Source of the DNA: Saprolegnia diclina VS20
Lineage: Eukaryota
Length of the DNA: 51,342 nucleotides
Assembly (NCBI RefSeq): GCF_000281045.1
Contig: NW_008246089.1
Span: forward strand, 108,813 to 160,154
Reading direction: 5' to 3'
The translations under genes were made by a program, and so were the position numbers. Shown here piece after piece: positions 46,986 through 51,342 of this stretch. How positions within the stretch are numbered: the stretch's first letter is position 1; the number at the start of each line of letters is the position of its first letter. Below the pieces are notes generated by a model. That model had not been told where the DNA came from and ran no database searches. It saw nothing but the letters and a program-made list of their open reading frames with translations.

Positions 46986-47887
46986 GGCGCTGCTGCGACG
47001 ATGGCGACGACTTGGAAATGGCGCTTCCATCAACAGCGCGTCCGAAGCCCAGCTGCTATCCCCATCACACGTGTGATTGGGGCAGGCCGCCTGGACAGCC
47101 CACAACCCAGTTTGCACCACGGCCATTGGCTGAAAACCGGTTATCTCGCGATTCAGCGGCTTTTGATTGGCTATTTTAGTGCTACATGACCCAGATGCGG
47201 CGTGTGTCACAGGGTGGGCGGAAAGGCGGCGTCGGTGGCACCGAAGCTTGGTCGGTGGGCGTGAAGTGCGCCAACGTCGGTCCTGTGACTACAACGGTAG
47301 CTCGTAGGGTATCAACGCGATGCTGCCTTGGTTGCGCACGCAACCAGACGAGCTACGGTGCACCAGCAAGTGTATGTATTTTCACCAAACGCCTTTGAGC
47401 CGGATCTGCGAACGCCGCTGGCTCGCGAGGACGAGACTCTACGATCCGTCTCGTTCTCTGTGGAGCTTCCCTCATGGGGAAGCTTCTTCGGTACCTACTG
47501 GTATACGTCCTATCACAACAAGGCCTTTGGCTCGCAAGCGCTGGTGGAGCTAAGGGACGTCTTTGACTCGTCGCTATTACGTCCGGAAGGACAGAGAGTC
47601 GGCGTCACTGCAATGCGGACACCCAAACCTTACATGCCCGATAACGTTGCAGTCGGCATCATCAACTGCTGCAGCGCTTGGTCGCCCGGGCAAGGCGGTA
47701 AGACTTGCCACAGTGCGACGTGCGGGCATGAGCCAACGGCAAGTGCGTGGCAGCGCAGTGACCACCAAGGTGGTTGTATGCGCATAACAGACAATGTGTG
47801 CACGGAGTAGAGATTTCAAAATCGTCCACGGCGTAAGTTCGTTACGATAACGTTAGTCGTAGTGTTGACATAAGGATATTAGTTGAG

Positions 47888-50376
47888 TTAGCTGCGCTGA
47901 ACCTCGAGCGACTGGTCGCCCATGATGATGATTTCCGAGTCGGCGGGCGCGGGCGGCATCACGACAACGGTCGTCCGGCGCGCGGTTTCTTTGGCTTCGG
48001 CCTGGTGGTGCATTTGGATCTCGCGCGTCCGCTTCATGCGCAGCATGAGCGAGAGCACAGCGCTGATGGTGCCAAAGCCCACGACGCCGACGGCCACAAA
48101 CACTGGTGGTCCGAACGTGCGCTTGTCCATGTCGTACTTGGTGCACCGGGGCCCCGACCAGACGCCGCTGCACTTGCATCGGCGCTTGACGCAGATGCCT
48201 GTGATCGCGCTCGATGTGGTGCAGTCGTCGTCACTGTTGCACGTGGCACCGCCCGCGACCGGGATGTCGGGGTTGCGCGGGTCCGTGTAGTTGGTGATGT
48301 GCGCCTTGATAAATTCCTTGGTCGGATGCGTCGCGGGATCGCAGCCGACCGACATGTTGGACGTTGGCGACTGGTCTTGCCTAGCAACCAGATGTGAGTC
48401 TGGAAAATAAGATACGACTCAAAGTATACCAGACGCGAATGTAGTCGATGTGCATGTACATCGGGAACGAGTCGCACACGTTTTGCGTCGAGTCGTATTC
48501 CCAAGTACCAGGCTTGGGAATCGTCGCGTTGCCTCGGCACGGACCGACGACGAAGTTGGGCGGCGTCGCACCTAGACATGCCGTAAGCAACGCAGTAGCA
48601 AGAGCAGCTCCATTGTACCCCAGGCCGACGACATGGCCACGTTGAAGATAAAGTAGCTCGGCTCCTCAATCATGATCTTCTTCGGGTTGGGCTCCTTCCC
48701 GCCTTGCGGTGGGTTGGTCATCGACTCGGACGGGATCTCGAAAATCGGCACCTTGTCAAGCATCCAGCGGACATAGCCGCTGTCACCCGTAACCCTAATC
48801 CACGAGATTGAGTATAGAGACTAAGCAGCAACGCCTCGTACCACTCGAGCTGGTACTTGTAGTACGTCGAGTACGCTTCGTAGTTGATGTCCCAGTTGGA
48901 TGAAATTGCGTCCATTTGGTACTCGAACGGCTCCATCATGTTGGTCGGCGCCTGCGCATTCGTGCGCGGGTTGTCGCATTTCGGGTTTTGACTGTCGCGG
49001 TCGCAGAGGAACCCGCCCTTGTACCCGTTTGCGATCGGAAAGCACGTGCCCTTGTAGTTGATGCCCCAGTGCAGCGGGCCCTTCCCGTCCATGAGGCCGA
49101 GGTCCGCGTGGAGGTCCTTGCCCGAGCTAATCTTCTTGATGTCCCACTGGTTGTCGATGATTTCGCTGTTTTGGGCAGCCGCCACCGACTCGTACTGCTG
49201 GACGAGCTTCGGGTCGGGCGTGCACCGGTCGTTGGCCGCGTACCGGAGGCCTTGGTACCACGACTTGTGGCCGCGGGACGCAAAGGCGGCCGTCGACACG
49301 TCCGCCATGTTGGCTCCGGGCGTCAGGCACGTCTTGTCGTAAAAGCAAAAGAGATGGCCTGGACCATGACGACCTACGCAGATACGTGAGCTCGTTCGTT
49401 CACGTGGCAGCATATCGTACCGAAGGCGTCGACGTTGGAGGAGTTTTCGTACTTGATGTCCGGGTGCGTGAGCCGGTACTCGTCCGGCATGCCCGGCGCG
49501 ATCTGCAGCGACGACGAAATCGCCGTGCCACCGCCTTCGAGAATGTCAATTTCGGGGGACCCGCGACCTTGGTATGGGTTGAGGCCGTAGCCAGGGTTGG
49601 GGTTGCAAGCCGAGATTCGCTGGTTCTTCCGTGCGAGCTCGGTGCACTCGTTGTACGTCCACGGCCACATCTTGTTGGTCGAGGCCGCAAAGAGCGCGCG
49701 GCCGAGGTTGCCCATCATCCACAGACCCGGCCACGTCGGGTAGTAGCGAATGTCGGGGATCTTGTCCGAGGGCTTGACTGGTATGTCCTTGGTGCCGTCC
49801 CAGCGCTTGCCCGTGATGTGCGGGTTCATCGACTTATTATTCACCGCGCCCGGGAGCCGCGCGGCGATCTCGATAAAGCCGCCTTGAATACAAAACTTGT
49901 TCCACGTCTGCATCATGGACGCCGAGTACCACTAGGACGCAAAAGAGATCTTAGTCCAAGTGCAAAGTCGGACAGGCGGGTACCATCTTCTTGGTCGTCC
50001 AGCCCGGCACGTCAGCCCAAACGTTGTAAAACTGGATGTCGACTTGGCCCGAGTCGATGCGAATGACAAACTTGCCGTCCTCTGTGTACGAGTTGTTGGG
50101 CGTGTACACCTGAATCGCGCGGTTGACGCCATCCGGAATGTCGAGCGACATCCAAAGATGGTCTTCACCGGCCGTAAAGTTGCGCCCCGCAATCTCAAAC
50201 TCGTCGCTCATGACGAGGTTCCACGTATCGCCGCGCGAGCTCTTCATCGTCAACTTGTCGGCGGGGGTGTCGACGTCGATCCAGATGCCGACGCCCGACT
50301 TGGGCGGCTGCGTGTTGTCGCCAATGTCGACCGCGGCCACGCACGCCAACGTCGCCGCTACTACGAGGCGCCACAT
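47888..50376 (-). CDS. KRE6/SKN1-like GH16 protein, copy 3
   Basis: Signal peptide MWRLVVAATLACVAA, LVMSDEF, QTWNKFC, GRGSPEIDILEG, EGF-like and TM C-terminus. Confidence 0.92.
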
Positions 50377-51114
50377 TTTCTATTCAAGAAGGCGAATTGC
50401 CGAGTGCGCACGTAGAGGCCACGACGAGCCGCGAGTGTAATCCCAGCCAAATAATACCGTAGACTGGTCACACCCATAAGTTCTGCGTGTCGCGCGGCGA
50501 TCCTATGGCCGACGAAGCCTATCACGTGCATGGAAGGCGGCATTACAGGCCCGACGCAGCCGACTCGGAACATGCCCACGAGAATGGAGAGGATCGCTCG
50601 AGCTTCCTAGAGACGCTTCCATGAGTACACAGAGCAGGTGTGGAGCAATCTCATGCACGAAAAGCAAGTACGACGATAAACCTCGTTTCGTGCATCAAGT
50701 ACAGTAGCGGCGGTCGCTCGATCTGAACCGACGCACCACCGCACAAGACGCTGCAGGGCGGGCAAGATCCAGGGCAAGTCGCCTGCGTACGGACACGGTG
50801 GAGCTATCTGTGCATGATACTACCATTACAAGGATCTGCAGTACGAACGACCGCCTACGACCAACTGCGGTCTGACGACATCTCTCTCGATGAGGGAATA
50901 TGGCGAGAGAATATAGCAAAGGGCGGGCCATCGACGCCAGTTGGTGGACTTCGACGGCTCAAGGGCGATGGCTTCTTGGCCGCATCAACCGGCGGTGGCA
51001 CGAGCGGCCGGATCGTCATGGCGACTTTGGTGGCAACGTCGGTGAGGCCGTCGCGACTATCGAGCGGCCACAAAGGTGGTTGGGATGCAGTGCATTGTTA
51101 AGTGATTGGTTTTT

Positions 51115-51342
51115 CTATTCGATGTCGATCTCGTCGTGTTGCTTGCGCTTCAGGTCCTTCTCCATCATGAGGTCGGCGCGCGCGCGTCGCCGAAGCCGCA
51201 CGAGTAGCGCGACAAAGGTACTGATGAGCGCGACGCACAAAAGCGCGATCGCGAGCGTCGGTGTTGGCCCAAACGACTTGCCGTCCAAGTCGTATTTGGT
51301 ACACCGGGGTCCGGTCCACGGCGTGACGCACTTGCAGCGTCG
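51115..51342 (-). CDS. KRE6/SKN1-like GH16 protein, copy 4 (3' end only; runs off window)
   Basis: RRCKCVTPWTGPRCTKYDLDGKSFGPTPTLAIALLCVALIS...EIDIE* matches the C-termini of copies 1-3. Confidence 0.85.
   Translation of the reverse strand, partial: RRCKCVTPWTGPRCTKYDLDGKSFGPTPTLAIALLCVALISTFVALLVRLRRRARADLMMEKDLKRKQHDEIDIE

Overview
Gene-dense, GC-rich eukaryotic DNA with many short (~40-55 nt) GT-AG introns and oomycete-type INR/FPR core promoters, most consistent with a saprolegnian oomycete (inference). About 18 genes are readable by hand-splicing: a PARP-like/B-box protein, a PDZ-PH-ankyrin-FYVE protein, a DUF1769-PH-DUF547 protein, MKS1, a centrin, a PA-RING ligase, a giant kinesin-3, two tandem GNAT-PhzF fusion genes, an AA17-type LPMO, a giant multidomain USP, a CAMK-like kinase, a Myb-repeat gene, an F-box-like/macrodomain-like gene and four KRE6/SKN1-like GH16 genes. 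There are two assembly gaps. The most notable items are the duplicated GNAT-PhzF fusion (Cys/Thr vs Cys/Cys active-site pairs), the ADP-ribose-fold/ubiquitin-ligase domain combinations, a USP split by a ~730-aa MABP-rich insert, and a ~190-bp inverted duplication mirroring the Myb promoter. All domain calls come from motif recognition by eye, not from searches.
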